Below, one piece after another: positions 1 to 15,616 of a stretch of 64,000 nucleotides of DNA. This DNA comes from Tubulanus polymorphus. Lineage: Eukaryota > Animalia > Nemertea. The stretch spans positions 21,166,560 to 21,230,559 of the forward strand of contig NC_134027.1 in NCBI RefSeq assembly GCF_964204645.1. Reading direction: 5' to 3'. How positions within the stretch are numbered: position 1 is the first letter of the stretch; every line of letters begins with the position of its first letter. The position numbers and the translations under genes were made by a program. The notes beneath the pieces are model-generated. The model did no database searches, was not told where the DNA came from, and saw nothing but the letters and a program-made list of their open reading frames with translations.

Positions 1-204
1 TCCGGTTACCGCAGACGAGCGATTTTTTCGTTCAACGCCGAGCAAATCGGGCGGTTGCTCGAGAATTGTTCGAAAACGTCAGCCGTGTGCGATAGGCTTA
101 AGGCTTAGCTCATAAGACTTAGCTCAAGGACTGGTATCACACAGTTTAGGCTGATAGAGACTGGTATGAATTAAGTTTTGGCGGATGGGGAAGATGATAC
201 TTAC

Positions 205-3200
205 GCATCATGTAGTTCTCTCATAGATGGGTGTATGTAACTACTGGTTAACATGTTAGTCTTGTATTTGATACATAGTTTTGCTATATCTATGTGGTGT
301 ACATGCGGCAGCATGCTAGAAAACAAGATGAAAACAAGAATTATTCATCAGAAAATAATAGAAATTCGAAATGATTCAAATGACTTTCGTGTCAAAACAT
401 ATAGCAAATATTGGCAAGGAATTTCCGTCCTCGTTCTCTTCGTCCCCGTAGTGCAAATGTAACAATGTGCAACCAATGACAGACCCAAACAGGGATATAA
501 TAAACTGAAATCATGCATTTCATACCTCTCAGTCGAGTACAACACAAGAGGTCGAAATCACACAATGTGCAAAATACAACTAAATATACAACTGACAGGG
601 AAAACGTATCATTCACGGGACGGGTTTCATAGATGGGCCACTACTTTCACAAAACGAAACCCCATGATTTCTACAGTGGAATTTCGTAATAACGAAATCA
701 AATATACCCGGTACGTAAAAACAAATCTAGAATTTGGTCCCGAATATAAATAATTTCGCAACAGATACAAGGAAGAGATGTGCTGGTTGCCTGAAATTCA
801 TATCAATGTTGTTCCACTGTGATTTCGTACTGAAACCGAATTCACTGGTCCCCTGAAATTACCACTAAAGATTAATGTCTTATTCATTGGTGTTTATAAC
901 TCACCACACCTGCTGGGAATGAAAAGGGGAATTTGATTTTTAAATCGGAGAACAAACTATACCGATAGATGATCAGTCAAAATTTAAAGAACTTTCTTTA
1001 GTCTATATCGAAGTACAAAATTGGAAATTTCTATCGTTAATCGTTAACATTCACATAATAATCATAACTTCAAACTGTTGCCCGCAGTAAAAGTAATCAG
1101 CCGACTATAAAACCAGACCCTGAATAAAGAAACGAACATTTATCTAAGGAACTTAAGGAAGATCGAACAACAATTTACCCGTATTCCAATCTGGATAAAG
1201 ACAAGATCATAAATAGATATACACTACTTTCAGAGCACTAGTGTACATTTACCAGTAACTAGTGATTGGGTTCATAAATGAAGTAATATGCCAACCAATG
1301 GGTTAACTGAATACCGAATCAACAAAATGTTTTCTTTAGAAAACTACATTTCATTTATAATATACAAAGAGGGACATCTTTCTTTGGCACGGATTCGAAC
1401 CTGATGGCATCACATAAAACAATGCATGAACAGTCCAGTGCACAACTATAAGCATTCTTAAAATGTTGTCATTATTAGTCAATTGAAATTAGTCAATTTG
1501 AATGTTACATTTGGCCCGGGTTATTCTAATGATAAATATATCCATGAATTTGCATCATACGTACAGCATGTCAAACCTGACTACCTTATTATCTACCTTC
1601 ATAGCAATTTTGACCACAATTTGATACATAAAATCGCAGTTTAATTGAAAATGAACTAAAAATTAATCTCATTTTGAGAATATTTCGATGATATCGGTGG
1701 TTATTGAGCTCTTAGGAGTAGTAACTACCGTACTCTTAAATAGCATTAGTAGTCAGGTCTGGCATAAAATCTTATTGACATAGCATATTCTCACGTGGCG
1801 AAGGAGCCCAAGAAAGGCTGATCAGGCAGATGGCAGAGTGTTATAATGCCATCAGATTCGAATCCCTGCTGAGAGGGGATAGGGGGGTTTAAATATATAG
1901 AAAGATGAGAAATAAACGTAGAAAGCAATAATCACGTCAAAGTACCTCGATGATGACAGATGCCATATTGTCAAGATTGTTTAGAAATTTCATGTATCAT
2001 CGATGCAAATTTCAACAAATCAAACAAGAATTTCGTGCAAAATATATAACAACACCCTACTGGAAGTACATATTCTTAATATTTCTCTCCAGTATAATAG
2101 ACGTACTTTGTACCAGGTGATGAAATTTATCGTTAATTACTAATATTATGCTATCATATTTTATAAATCGAATATCGATGTAGCAAATAATTCACATAAT
2201 TCCTTTCAGACCAATGAAATTAAACGCCATATCGTACATACATCTATGCATAGGTGGACTAAAGATAATATCGAGATAAGATCAAAATCCAGATTAAACC
2301 GTTCCGGATTAGGTGGGCTTGACTGGTTACACCGCAAAACCGAGTAGACCCAGTATATGGTGGTGCCCGGTACGCGGTGAAAGAGTTAATTGAAATAAGT
2401 TAAGAAGTTTATCAATCATAGATGAATTGAATAAGATAGAGAAGCATAATTAGAGTGTATATATTCGGAAAATGGATGCATACGTAGATAGTGACAGAAA
2501 CAGAATCATCTAAACAGAGATATTTTGTAGCGGTTAATAATTAGCAACATTCGGAAATGAAGAATAATGGAAACGTTCCACGATTGAAAAAATATCGGCG
2601 GCAACAACTACAGTATCGAAATAAAAATCGCGTAAATTATGATCTACATGTATTTCATTACCGGGGTTGGTGCAGATAGTATTCAATTATGGGACACATT
2701 TCTTTCAATGAGGCTTCCATGCCACCAGTTATCGCACCAGGGTGTCACTAACAATGACCCATTCTTGATGAAAATGTAATCGATTCGCAATTCACTATTC
2801 ATATCCGGATTTTAGCCCTCTATGTAGAAAATTTGATCATGTTTCAAGATTGGTGTTCTTATAAGGCACTTATTTTTTCTTTGTCAATCAATGAATTTGA
2901 AAAAATCTTAATTTCAAAGGAGAGTCTAGGTCGACTCGTGACGCTACCGGTTGCAACTGGTCGCAGATCAGTGCTTGGGTGAACTGTAATGCATAAGTCA
3001 GCAACGGTATACTACTCATCTTACAGTCACATAAGCAGCATATGGCAGTTGCAACTGGGAGACGCCACGTCGCGTTGCAAAATGTCAAACAAATGCGATG
3101 GCAGTAGCTACAGGAGTGCGTATGTTGACGGGTCTTTGCTAGCGAACACAGAGGGAATCGTGTTGCAATGAGTCAAAGGCAATCGCAATGCCGACCTATG

Positions 3201-6200
3201 CCTGCATTAAAATTGAACCAGAGAACAAATTCAAATACACATTCTACCACTGTACATTATCAACACCTGGTGGATTCTGGATTGCCATGACCTCATTGAT
3301 TTCAGATGAAATCAGCTCAGGGGGTGGGGGTGGGGGTTCAATCAATTAAATACATATTTCATTATACATGCAAAATTAGAAATCGCAATGAAAACCCACC
3401 AGAACTCTTACAAATAAACAAACAATACTACAAGACAACACAGAGCCTAACAACGGCATGATTTTCATCTCTGAAATACATAGATACATTGAAGTTGGTT
3501 AGAAGAGATTCGTAAATTGTTAGATTTTGAAAGTCTGCCTAAAACCTGACGACGTACGTAGTGGTTGCGACATATTTTATTTTTTTGTCTTTATCACCGT
3601 TTGGAATCGTAGCTGAATGCATGAAAAACAAGAACAAGTCAACAAATTCTATACACGCGATTAGAACTGCAACTTCAATCCAATTCCTTCAACCCACTGA
3701 GCGCTACTAAGGACAGTATTAGTAGGTTAAGGCTACGGCGCACTCTGCTCGAGATCCGAGTGGACCGCATTTGATGCATAGAAGTAGTGAGCTTCTACCT
3801 GCAAGATTGTTATTGGCTAACTAGCGTGTGTAATAACCCGAAAACTATTTGATTAAAAAAACCAACAGATCGAATTAAAGATAAGAATTGCGTTGACTAT
3901 TTCTCATAAATCAAACAAGCAAACGAAGATTCCAATTTTCCTACCTTCCGTATTCCCATTCCTTTAAACTAGAACATACGTAATGCGGTAAGCTGGATAA
4001 CACTTAACGCCCATTTTCCAAATTACATAATCTACACCCTTTATACCGACGGGGACAGAAGCCACAGCCCGGAGCATAAATACATTTAGGCCTTGTTGTT
4101 ATCGCAGTCAGCACAGTTATTTACGGTGTATTTTGTTATATACATGCAGTTATATGATTCAGACAGAAAAATACATAAATTTAAGTTGGATAGATCAAGA
4201 AATAATAAGGAAATCATCCCCGGGCCCTATATCAGTCAGTAACCACATTTGTTAGTGTACCTTCCTACACGGATTCTCCAATGAGTATTTCTTTCCCCTT
4301 GGCAACAATAACCGGATTGTTGGTGTCCCCTTCAACCCAGGATTTTTCAAGCCATTAATCCGACGACCTATTAAAATTACGTAAATGATTGAACCTAGGG
4401 CTCGAGGACACCACGATAAAATCTGAAATTTTCAATTTTCAACGCCCCCATGGTCAACATATAAACACATACTCATCACATTCATTGACAATGCCTAAAA
4501 TTTCGCCTAAAACCACATGTATCTCCCATCTGAAACTGACATACTAAGCTATAGGAAAATCGGTACAAAGTGTCTATTTTACTTACACACTAGTATAGCC
4601 ATCTTGGATGACTTTCATGGGTCAAAAATAAGTGGACTTATCCCCGAAAATATGAAGACGTAAGAAAATTGGTCCAAAACTACTGTAGACCATGGAACTG
4701 GAGCAAGGTTCAAAATTCCTATTTCGCATACAAAACTGGCCCTCCTTCCACTCCTAACCCAAATACCAAGTTATAGGAAAATCAGTCTTTGTAGTGCGGG
4801 GACACGGTCCATATTGAACAGGGTTGGAATGCAATATGGCCACCATTCAGCCATCTTAAATACACCTTACAGGTAAATATGCAGCTCTACTCCAAAAACT
4901 ACGCCCGATATGACAAGAACAGCATTCGTAGTTTGTAGTTCATCATCAGCTCGTAGACACAAGTTTTAATTGAGAACTCTAGATGCGGTTCTTGATTATA
5001 TGGCCTTTGATTCGAGATTAGATATCCCCACAAAACGCAGATGCATCTAGGCTAGGAATATCTACAGTAGGGGGTCTTGCGGTAATCCAAACCAATCACA
5101 ATGTGGATTTAATACAAAAATTTGGTTACTGACTGCTAGAATTCTAGAGGGTAAGCAAAAAGACTTATCTTAAATCTTACCTGATCACTAAATCATGATC
5201 TTTAATCATCTCTTCTACATTTTCGCGCTGATCGATAATGTCGAGGAATTTCGGAGCAGTATTTGGGTAAATGTTCGAGAGATTCTCTGCTTCGCTGCGG
5301 CTGTTCGAAGCTGAAATTCAACACAAATGCAAACAAACTGACACATACACAGTAAACCGCACGCGTAAGTTAGATCAACGCTCAAGTCAGAGGTAAGGGG
5401 ATGTTCAAAAATTACGCAACACATTTTTCGGGAAATTTTGATACTCCTCATCCCCAGTAACAAATTTTGATAGACCCCCTATCATATAACGTAACAAATG
5501 TAACACCCCACAAAATCATTGCTAAAATCTTTATCACGATACCACTTTGAAACTTTATACTATGATCAATATCATATCATAATATCATTTTGAATATCAG
5601 TTAAATAAAGCGAAATGATTAGAAAATTGTCGATTGAGGTTTGCCCGCAGTTGTCTTCGTTTCAGCGCGACATCTTACCAACGGTGACGGCTATCGTTTT
5701 ATCTCTGGTTAAATACTCCACGACTGGTTCCGAAACGTATCCCGATCCGAGTAATAAAACACGCTTCGACGCGCTTCGAGCTGCTGCCTGCGCTGCTGCA
5801 TGACTCCTAAAAATATCACAATCGAGACACTCATTTAATCTAACTCCAACGTTACACATGCGAAATTACTACTGCAGCAATGAGTATTTTCTATGCTTCG
5901 TTTTATTTAGACTTTGTTTTTAGTTCATACAACTTTTTGATGTACCAGTTGCATGTGTATTAAAAAGTTTAAGCTATCTGAATGGAAAATGAAATACCGG
6001 TAATAAATCAACTATAAACACCAGTCAACAGATATTTTGTCAGCAAGTACAACAACTTTTCATTGAGCTGCTTTCAATCTTTCGAGCAAGTACAGCTAAA
6101 ACCTATTCGTTTTAAACTAAAACTGGTCCCAGAACTTACTTTCTGCTTTCCCGGAGATCAGCGATGTAATTATATTTATCGGCCAACATTCCATTAGTAG

Positions 6201-9200
6201 CAATTACAGCCTAAAATGAGATATCAAAATAAATACATTGCAGCATGATCAAAACCCTGAAAAACTATCCAGTGCCTTTGATTCAAACCTGACACAATTT
6301 CAGTGATATTCCTAAGCACCCACACTGGACACCAATGCCACGATTTGGATATTCTCCGAGCCTGTATGTGTTGTACATCAACCTACATACTTTTATATTG
6401 GAAAAGTCTTATCATATATGGATGCATATTGAAGAATCAGTGTTTTCGTTTTCATAACAATACATAATATAATGTCTATTCACAAATTGCATTACAATAG
6501 GAAGCAGCATGAATAAATATTACAAAATTGAATCAATGCACAAAAACGAGAATGCAGCTACCAAAACTTTATTTCTACACATAACTGATTCTTCAATAAA
6601 CATCCGTATATAATAAGGCTTCTCTAATCTAAAAGAGTTAAGAGTTGATCGAAAACTGTACAGCATGTTTTCCAACACCGAGCGGCAAACTTACATTTTT
6701 GACAACTGAACCGGCGCTGAAGTTAACAAATGGTTTTATTGCATCCGATTTTAGCTAAAAAATAAGAAAGAACATAAGGTTAAAATTACTTCGAATTATA
6801 ATCAGTTATGTTCGGATTTCATCAAATTTCTTGCGAAGAACGAACGCCGCCAAAAACTCTGTATGAAGTACTAAATCACCCACCATATCTGGTATCCATG
6901 GTAACAGTTTCGATCCGAAGTAATCGGTAGCTTCTAACGGCATTTGAGCGGGCAACTGTTCGATACTACATATCACAACACCATCACCATCAAAACTATT
7001 GACACAAAATATAGATTCAAATTAATGTAAATCATTAAGTTTCACACTTTATCAGGAGCAGGGGAGAGATTGATCAACTCCGGACTTTTCACTTATTTAC
7101 AATTGGCTTTTTAAACACAAATACTAGGATTTTTACATTGTAGCACGCAAGGTGCAATAATGTAAGCAGATACTGATCACAAAATGGACAAACTAGAAAA
7201 GTTTCGTCAACTTTACTAGAGCTAATGCATCGCACATTTTCATAATTTTTCAGATTTTTGGACAATGAAATATATTCTCAGTTCTTCACATTTTTCAATT
7301 CATTGATTGCAGCGGCAGGATACAAAATTGCCAGCATCGAAAGAAATACCAGCATTGCAGACAGTTGCACTTGGGTGATTGCATAAACATGAAATTTGTG
7401 CATATTTGACTCAATTTCCCGGAAATGGCATCTTTACACATTGATTTTTACAAAAATCGTCGGAATCACCCTTCATTTTTTTCAGATTCACCCCTAGGGA
7501 TATACCGTTAACTAGGTAGGTGACAATGGGACAGGCATGGCTTAGGTCAAAACGTGGTCTAAAACCATATAAGACCAGACTTATGTTGATAGTTTGGCTA
7601 TAGAACTAAAATGAGTTTACACTGGCCATTACAAAGCAACTGGCCTCAAGTATTCAGTGTAAAGGCTTCAACGTACGTTCCGAAGACAAGTCTCTAATGA
7701 GGAAATCAGATCCTCAGAATCTTTAGACTTACTTTTCGGAATTTTTATGCTGATCGGCGTCATAAATACAGAACGGACGATCCATTGTCGTACATTCCTC
7801 CATGAATTCGATTGAACCACCGGGATCGGCGGATATATCACATATGGCTACAAGCCGATGAGGCAACGTCGGACAGCCGGGGCTCGTAGGAATCCACGGG
7901 GTATCTTTCGGTTGCAGAAGGGTTTTCGCGTCAGGGATCGAGATGAGTCTCGGAGCACCGGGAGCGTAATAAATACCATTAATAATACATGTAGCGTACG
8001 GAGCAATCTGTAAAATGTAAGGTAAACTGTCAACGAGAATAGAGAATATATAGCCACAAGGCAGCGAAATCTAAGTTCTTAGTATGGTTCGAATAGCGTT
8101 CTAAGGTAGGTGATGAAGATATAAATTTTCTTTTTGAATAGATTACCACAAAATAAGTGGCATAGAAAATACAAACAGAAAATATAGCCACTAGGCGGTG
8201 ATAACAGGTTTTCTGTACGGTCAGAAAAAGTATGTATCACACTTTTAAATATCAAGAAAATGCAATAGGGCTTTCTGGGAGTAGCACACAACCATAATAA
8301 TGGAATAGGTACCTATTCATTTCATCGAAAATGTAAAAAAGAAGTATTACATACAATGCGCATGTATGGATTCAACTAAATAAGTATTTTGATAACCAAA
8401 TCAACGCTCACCTTTTGACTGAATGTAGAGATGTATTTTTCAGGATGAGTCGTGAATTCTTCCGAATCGAATCCGCCGTCTGCTTTACGAATATAGTGAT
8501 CCTCGCGGCTCACGACGCATCCGTAAACTTTATTTCTTTCTGTGAAATAACGAAAGATGAACTACAGACATTTTCGAAATAAATTGATCTTGAATCACTC
8601 ACTGACTGCTATGGAATTTGAGGTAAACATTTTAGTGAAACTGGACCTAGACAACACGCACACACATATGCTGTCTTAAATCTCGGTAAATCACACCGGC
8701 TCATAACCATAAATCTTGACTGTGGTTTCGAACAAGCTACAAAATTCTTTAAATGGACTTTCAAGTGTTTTGATAATAATACAAGGTTTGAGAATTATAA
8801 TACTTCTGGCCTACTATATTGTGTATATCAGTGTGTATTGTAAGCTGACGATAAAACAGTAAAATTTCATCGGATGATCTGCTCAGCGTGAAACGCAGTC
8901 TTTCATTGTATTGAATTGCTTGCTATGTACCGATGTACTTAATGTTTTGACGCGTTGTGATCTCATCACTACACCTGCTGATCTCTGCGGCTAAGCCAAT
9001 CATAGAGGAGTCTTCGCTTTCTGATTGGCTTTTTAAAACCGATATTTTTGCGTTCAGATTTCCGCGAAAAAGCTCATATAAATTTTAACGAGGCCCTTTT
9101 TCAAAATTCAGCTTAGTAGGATTTGGAGAATGGGTAACGCTTTAATGAATGATTTGTACGAATATAATATGCTCAGTTGCACAGTCAAAGAGCCTTAGCT

Positions 9201-12200
9201 CTGGAAACCATGTCAATTAAATTCGCTCCATTTGAATAGTAATAGGCTCAGCCTACGGCTGGCCTAAAAATAAACTTCGTCATCAGTAAACATATTACGA
9301 TGAAATTAAATAGCATAGAAGCCATCATTACTCCATTGGAAATTCCACCACCTTTGGTGGAATTGTCTACAATGGGCATTGGCATAATGTTCACATTAGA
9401 CTTTGCATATCAACCGATAGTTTTAGAGAAAATCCTACATGGATATAAAATCGGTATAATTTCCCAAACAGTAAAAAGTACAAAGGATCGTCTGCTACCC
9501 ACTAGATTGAACTTTACCATATAAAGGCTAACACTACTGTCCATTTAAATGTGTATCAATCCAAAGCATTGTCCTCTTAACTACCAGATTGAACTTTTCT
9601 GTCGGGTGACCATGAGTTGAATCAGACACCAGTCAAAAGTACTTAATCTATTGTACGATTGCTTTAGAATATAACTAACTAGGGGTCCAGGGACACCATG
9701 CCCACTTGGGAAGTGGTTTCAAATGCTCAACAATCTAACAATTTCAATATTCAATGCCCCCTGGTGACCATTTACAAAAACCAATGACCTTAAAACTCAC
9801 CACAATCATAGAACATGTCAGCAGCTACGATTTTGTAATTGATTGTGATAACAAAATATGCCTCGTTACCAATTTAATATGGAAATACTAAGTCATTCTA
9901 CTATTCAACGCCCCCTGGTGACCATATTCAAAACTCAATGACCTCGAAACTCACCACAATCATAGAACATGTCATGAACTACAACTTTGCAATTGATCAT
10001 GGTAACAAAATATGCCTAGGTACCAATATGATAAGGAAATACTAAGTTATTCTACTATTCAACGCCCCCTGGTGACCATATAGAAAAACTTATGTCCTTA
10101 AAACTCGCAACAATCACATATGATGTCTTGAGCTACAACTTTCCAATTGATTGTGGTTACAAAATATTCTTAGGTACGAATATAATAAAGAAATGCTAAC
10201 ATATTGTATTATTCAACGCCCCCTGGTGGCCATATACGAAATCCAATTACCTTGAAACTCACCACAATCATAGAACACGTTATGAGCTACAACTTTCTAA
10301 TTGATTGTGGTAGCAAAATACGCTTAGGTATCAATATAATGTGGAAAAACTTTTTCCCACTTACGAATGAGTACTGGTGACACCAAGATGGCCGCCAATT
10401 GCATCATAATTGGCTGATGAAAAATACCTGTCTCAGGTATAAAACATCCCTTTCCAAAGAACACCCATCACAAATTGTAATGAGAAATGGCAAACCAGTA
10501 GGAAGCTACAGGACTCAGAATTCGGGCCAAAATTAACATTTTTGGGCACCAAAAAGGTCATAGGACGGCCATCTTGAGTCCGACCGACCCAATTTTTGTT
10601 ATGTTGATGGGCCCTGGGGGGTTTCACATATATCCGAAAGATCAAGGTAATTGATCAAAGCGCCTTCAAAATTTCCCTCAAAAAGTTCAAAACTGTGTAA
10701 AAAGTGCTGATTTTGGCAAACAACAATGGCTGCCAGTCGGCCATCTTGATTCTGACAGGGCCAGTTTTTGGGCTGAAGATGTGTCTAGGGTAGATACATG
10801 TGTAACCCAAATATCAAGACGTTACCTAGAAGCATCTTCAAAACTTCCCAAAATAACTGGATTCCGTCTACGGACGGACGGACGACGGACGAAAAGTGAA
10901 CGCAATAAGGACTTAAGTCCCAAGTGGGCTAAAAATCATAGCACATAATCCAGATATTGACCTATTCAAGGGTCTGTAGTGAATTAAATACAAACCTCCA
11001 TGTCGGGCAACTTTCGGCAACTGTTCCGGTTCTATATATTCAAATGGCAACTCTTGAAATACATCTTGGGCACCCTGAAAATCAATGCAATGCAAAATAA
11101 ATAATACACACTTTTTTCCTACTAGATCAAATTGATGAATAATAAAAGCGCTCATCATGAAGGTGAAAATAGAGCTCACCTGCGATACATTTCCACGTCC
11201 GGTGAACACAAATATCAATGGACCAAGACTTTTAGGTAACGATCCGAGAGCGATTTCATAACCAATATCTCTCACAGCCTGCAACGCCATTCCCGTTCCG
11301 CGGTAATTATGAGCTAAACCGATGTGCTGCGAACGCAAAACCAGAAACGAGAAATTAACACAGGATCGATATTCATGGATGACACAAAACCAGGGTGCAC
11401 CCGAAGCAATCTAGTCAAACTCCTATGGCTTTAAGTCATTGTAGCTGGAACAATCATGATATCAACCAACTTATCAACATGATTAACCATTGATTCAATT
11501 GTAAATAAAATTTACAAATTGGGACCCAAACATAGAGATGGCTTAAGTTATGCGATAGTGACTTTACCGAGTTTGACTCTCCTAGAGAAAGGGATCATTT
11601 CATTTTAGGTTAAAGTATGTATATTCTCAGCGCTAGCGCCGGTCTTGAACATCTGCTTTTAACCATCTACAAGTCAGTAGTGGTGTTGAGCCATACATAT
11701 GCCAGATCCTAATATAAACAGTTAAGTAATCAAAAATACCTATTGTAGTAGAAACGAACTCTACGCATAAAACAAAAATCTTACCAGGAATGGAGTATGA
11801 TGACCTAAAGCCAACAGACGAACTCCCATACCATGCAATATATCGATCATACCGCAGAATCCGGCGTACTTTCCGAACGCTACCAAACGTCGACTGTTTT
11901 CATCGACCAAACGTTCATAATCAATCAATCGAATATTCTACGATAATAAAGAGTGAAAAAAATAGACGATGATTTTCTTAAACGTAATTCTCTTCGTAGT
12001 CCAAGGAAATGTGGGTGTTATTTCGAGAAGAAAAAGCGTTACGACTGAATATGAAATCGATGCTTTTCCATAGCGTTTGAGACTGGAAAGGGCTTATTTA
12101 ATGGTTCATCAAAAATTCAAGATGAAAACTATTGTGGAGAAATAATATAACCATCAAATAAAACCTGTTAATTACTGTGGTTATGTCAACTATCCACTGG

Positions 12201-13407
12201 TTTACTATTTACTTAGCAGCTTTTGAGCAATAGTATAAAATTCAAAAAATAAAAAACTTTCCTAAGAAGCTAGTGAAAGTGTTCAGGCTAATGATTTTTG
12301 CCAATTTTAAACGTATCGAGTAATTTCATACAGCCTCCAAAATACCAACCTTTTCCATGATAGCGTCTAACATGGCCATGTTGTCATCTTGAGCTTTGAT
12401 CGTATGCGAGAAAAATGCGTACGTTTTATTCGGTATGAGCTGATCGATGGCGCACTGTTTAACCCCGATAATCAACGAGGCTTCGCGAATATCTTCTTGA
12501 ACGACAGCTCCGACGTGTCGATAATCCTACGAAGTGATCGGGAAAAAAACTTGTTATCGATAAACTTGATATCCTGATAAACTTTTGAGAAATTCTAACA
12601 AAAACCTGCGGTGAAATCTTTGGAAATTTGTGAGACTGGTGAAGTACAATCAAGTGGGTAGCTGACTTTCACCACAGGTAAACGGACGAATACCAGTAGT
12701 AATAGTATTGGTCATATGTCTATCGTATCATGCTTACCACAGTTATATGAATTCAGAATTCCCAAGTTTTTCATGGGTGATTTTTCAATTTTCCCAAATG
12801 GAAATGAACACATATCGTCATGCTACAATCAACATTTTAGTGGTGACTGGCTGATTAAGGCGATTTTCAAGGGAAATCGCTGAAGAAAGTTGCCCTTGGC
12901 AAATGCAATACGTGAAATGTAATGAATTTCCCAAATACCCGGTATTTCCCTGATTTGCGGAAAATTTTTCAAATTCCAAAATATTTCCAAACCGGAAATT
13001 ATCATTTCAAAATTCCCAAGTTTTTCCCAATTTCCCTGTGTACTGTGGGAACCATGATCGTATGCTTTACACAGTTCAGGTCTTTCATTGAAGGCTGTAT
13101 AAGTCATCTTTGAAATGATTACCATGAGATCATGCGTGTCTCACATAAAAATGCACTATATTCTTATTATATTATTATGGATTACCTCAGCCGTATAAGC
13201 TCGTCTGTTCGAAGGTTGAACGATGACTTTGACACCGCTTTTCACTAAATTACGAACTTGTCTGGGTGCGAGAGGCGCGCGACCCTCCCAGACGTTTATA
13301 TCTTCACGTCTTATCGCCAACACCGCCGGCTGAGTACTGGCTGCACGGCACCCCCTAGCGGCCGACGAAAGCACTCGTCTACACAGTTGCGATTGAACTT
13401 TCCACAT
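205..13407 (-). CDS. AASS: Alpha-aminoadipic semialdehyde synthase (bifunctional lysine-ketoglutarate reductase/saccharopine dehydrogenase), 3'-partial. Coding exons: 13407-13186, 12526-12350, 11937-11785, 11326-11180, 11074-10996, 8539-8412, 8007-7733, 6995-6884, 6754-6695, 6210-6140, 5806-5679, 5310-5181, 315-205; continues off the left edge
   Basis: Exons with GT-AG boundaries join in frame: mitochondrial-presequence-like [21 protein letters not shown], then [101 protein letters not shown] (LKR domain), then [19 protein letters not shown] and HDLVISMLP (SDH domain). Confidence 0.96.
9678..10936 (-). mobile_element. Non-autonomous Helentron/DINE-1-like (HINE) element, copy 1, in an AASS intron
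   Basis: On the minus strand it starts TTTTTAGCCCACTTGGGA with a nearby inverted partner, then a (GTCC)n/(GTC)n microsatellite and four 154-bp core repeats. It ends with TCCCAAGTGGG, a GC-rich tail and CTAGT. A near-identical inverted copy is at 16655-17848. Confidence 0.8.
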
Positions 13408-13904
13408 TTTTCGTCGTTCACGTTGCTGTATCGGTGGAAACCTGAAAAAGGAACCAGTGGAAAATAGTTATTTGGATCAAGGGAGCGACTACAGCTCAAT
13501 AGGTATCCTTAACTTGGTCTAGTACCTAGCCGTCGTTCCACAAACAACGTCTAGGAAAGTGCTCATACAAGGTTAATTTTCGTCCCTCATTTTCAGACTA
13601 TCCTTAAATTACCAAATCTCAAGACAATAAAGCGTCTTCAAAATCACAATTAGACTAACCATGTTTCATGTGTCAACATGTTTGGCAGCAGATTTTTAGA
13701 ATTTTGTGTATATAAAATGTCTTAAGAGTGATTTTTTATCTCAAGCGGTAGTTTTACTTTTAGATCTTATTGTAAAATATAAGAAACAAACTCCAGGACC
13801 AGGGGGCTGCTAAAATTTGGATCACGGGCTATTTTGATGAGAATCAACTTATCTGTTTTATGGCTGCCTATGTCAGCAAATTAGCCATAAAATATCAACT
13901 TTCA

Positions 13905-14508
13905 GTAAAAGTGCAGATCTGCACCTCTCGTAAATGGTTCAATCAGTTAAATATCACTGATTCAGAGTCAAAATATCATCAGCAAATCAGTATGTTTTTA
14001 ACCTGGATCTTGTCTCGAGGTCGTCACGATTTTTGAACCAGATGCCATATTGGATGGGTAAATCTAAAGTGAAGATTTGTTTGGAATAGGCCTTTTTGCT
14101 GAAACAATGTTTCATGAACCACTCAATTTGAGGGAAAAAAATTAAAATTTCTTGTTTATTTCAACAAACATATGAAACAATTTGGCTCGCATTAATAAAC
14201 CCAGTGACAATTGCCAAAAATGTGATAAGTTTTATGCACTTATTACCCTCACATCGTTTCAGCAAATACTTTAGACAAATCTTCACTTAAGTCTTTAGAT
14301 TTCCCAATCAAATATGGCATCTTATTGAATGATCGTCACGATTCCGAGATAGAAACCGGGCCAAAAATCTACTTTCCAGTGAAGATATCATAAAATAAAT
14401 CACTGCATTGAATTCCATGAAATATTCTGGCGTTGTATTAGAACAGTGATTTAAAATTCAGTAGATTGCGTGAGATGAATCACGAGAAGTGCGGATCTGC
14501 ACTTTTAC
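13905..14508. mobile_element. Fold-back/MITE-like element with long imperfect inverted repeats, in the AASS 5' intron
   Basis: GTAAAAGTGCAGATCTGCACCTCTCGT at 13905 pairs with ACGAGAAGTGCGGATCTGCACTTTTAC ending at 14508; internal segments (~14045-14080 and ~14275-14320) are also reverse-complementary. Confidence 0.7.
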
Positions 14509-14569
14509 CCAACTTTCTTCTTAATTTTCAACATAACTTTCTCAATAATGAAAGAACTTGCAATTCTGA

Positions 14570-14900
14570 ATTCACCTCTTTTTCTCTCACCACCACCAGA
14601 TTCGGCGATTGACTCTGTTTGTCAAAACAAATCAAATGTCTGGCCCTGTGCTGTGTCACGGTGTGTCACAGTCCCTCCTGCTGCTGCAACTTGTTGGTCT
14701 TCACACGCTCGCAGTCGCTAGCAGCACGCGTGACGGTTTTCAAACAAGTGTCGACTCTGATCAGAGCCGCTAATTAACGTTAATTGGATTCATTAATTAG
14801 GGGGCGAAGTAACCCCGTGTTTCGCTCCTTTTCACACCGCACCACAGCAACAACTAAAATCCGACGAGAGATGAAGCGGCGAAACATAATTTTCATTCGA
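14570..14900 (-). promoter_or_regulatory. Probable AASS 5' non-coding exon and promoter region
   Basis: The first AASS coding exon has an acceptor at 13442, so an upstream exon is needed; there is a donor-like AAGAG|GTGAAT near 14576 and a CpG-enriched island at 14690-14880. Confidence 0.4.
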
Positions 14901-15616
14901 ACTAATCCTGCCTAATCGTCCTTTTAACCAACTCGATGAAATTATGAAAATTCTTATTCAATATGTGTTTATAATTTTACAACTTCTAGCTTTTGTTTTT
15001 TCAGCAGGTTCTAGGTATCAGCGTAGTGGTCATTTCGGGTCATAGAATTTTGCACTTTATAGCAGCGGAAATGGATCTATAAAAGGCTGGCTCCGAAAGA
15101 ATTGGAATCCTCGATTGCCACAGCCAACTGCGGAGCATTGCCTTATGTAATCCGTACTCACTTACCCCAGCCCACTTTTGTACATTTCAGAACTCGCATG
15201 TCCCCGGCTCGAATTGAAATTAAGCTAATGGTTTTCTATGTTGCAGATTTTGTAACATCGTATTGGATAAAATAAGGGGAGCGACTAAATAAGCCAAGGA
15301 CAAGGTAATAATCTGTGTTTGAATGGCTTCGTCTTTTAATTTAGGCTTTCCACAAATGCAACTACAAATTAAATTTAAATGCAGTTTATTTTTGCATTTG
15401 ATTTTGACAGTGGTAGAGCATAGGTGAGTTGTAGGTCGGGTCTACAAGTAAATTCCGGTCTTATCGAGGGATTGTAGTTAAACTGGATTTAGTTGACTCT
15501 ATTAGTGACCTTAAGTTAAACCGAATGTCAGTTCGTTGTTGCATTGATGGACTGGTGACTGGTCCACAAATCGACCACGGGACTGAGCACGGTCGCAATA
15601 CGAAGTGGATATTTAA

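Noticed and set aside
9750-10370. 154-bp repeats as a CRISPR-like array
   Set aside because: Whole units are homologous and lie within a Helentron-like element in a spliced eukaryotic gene; no cas genes
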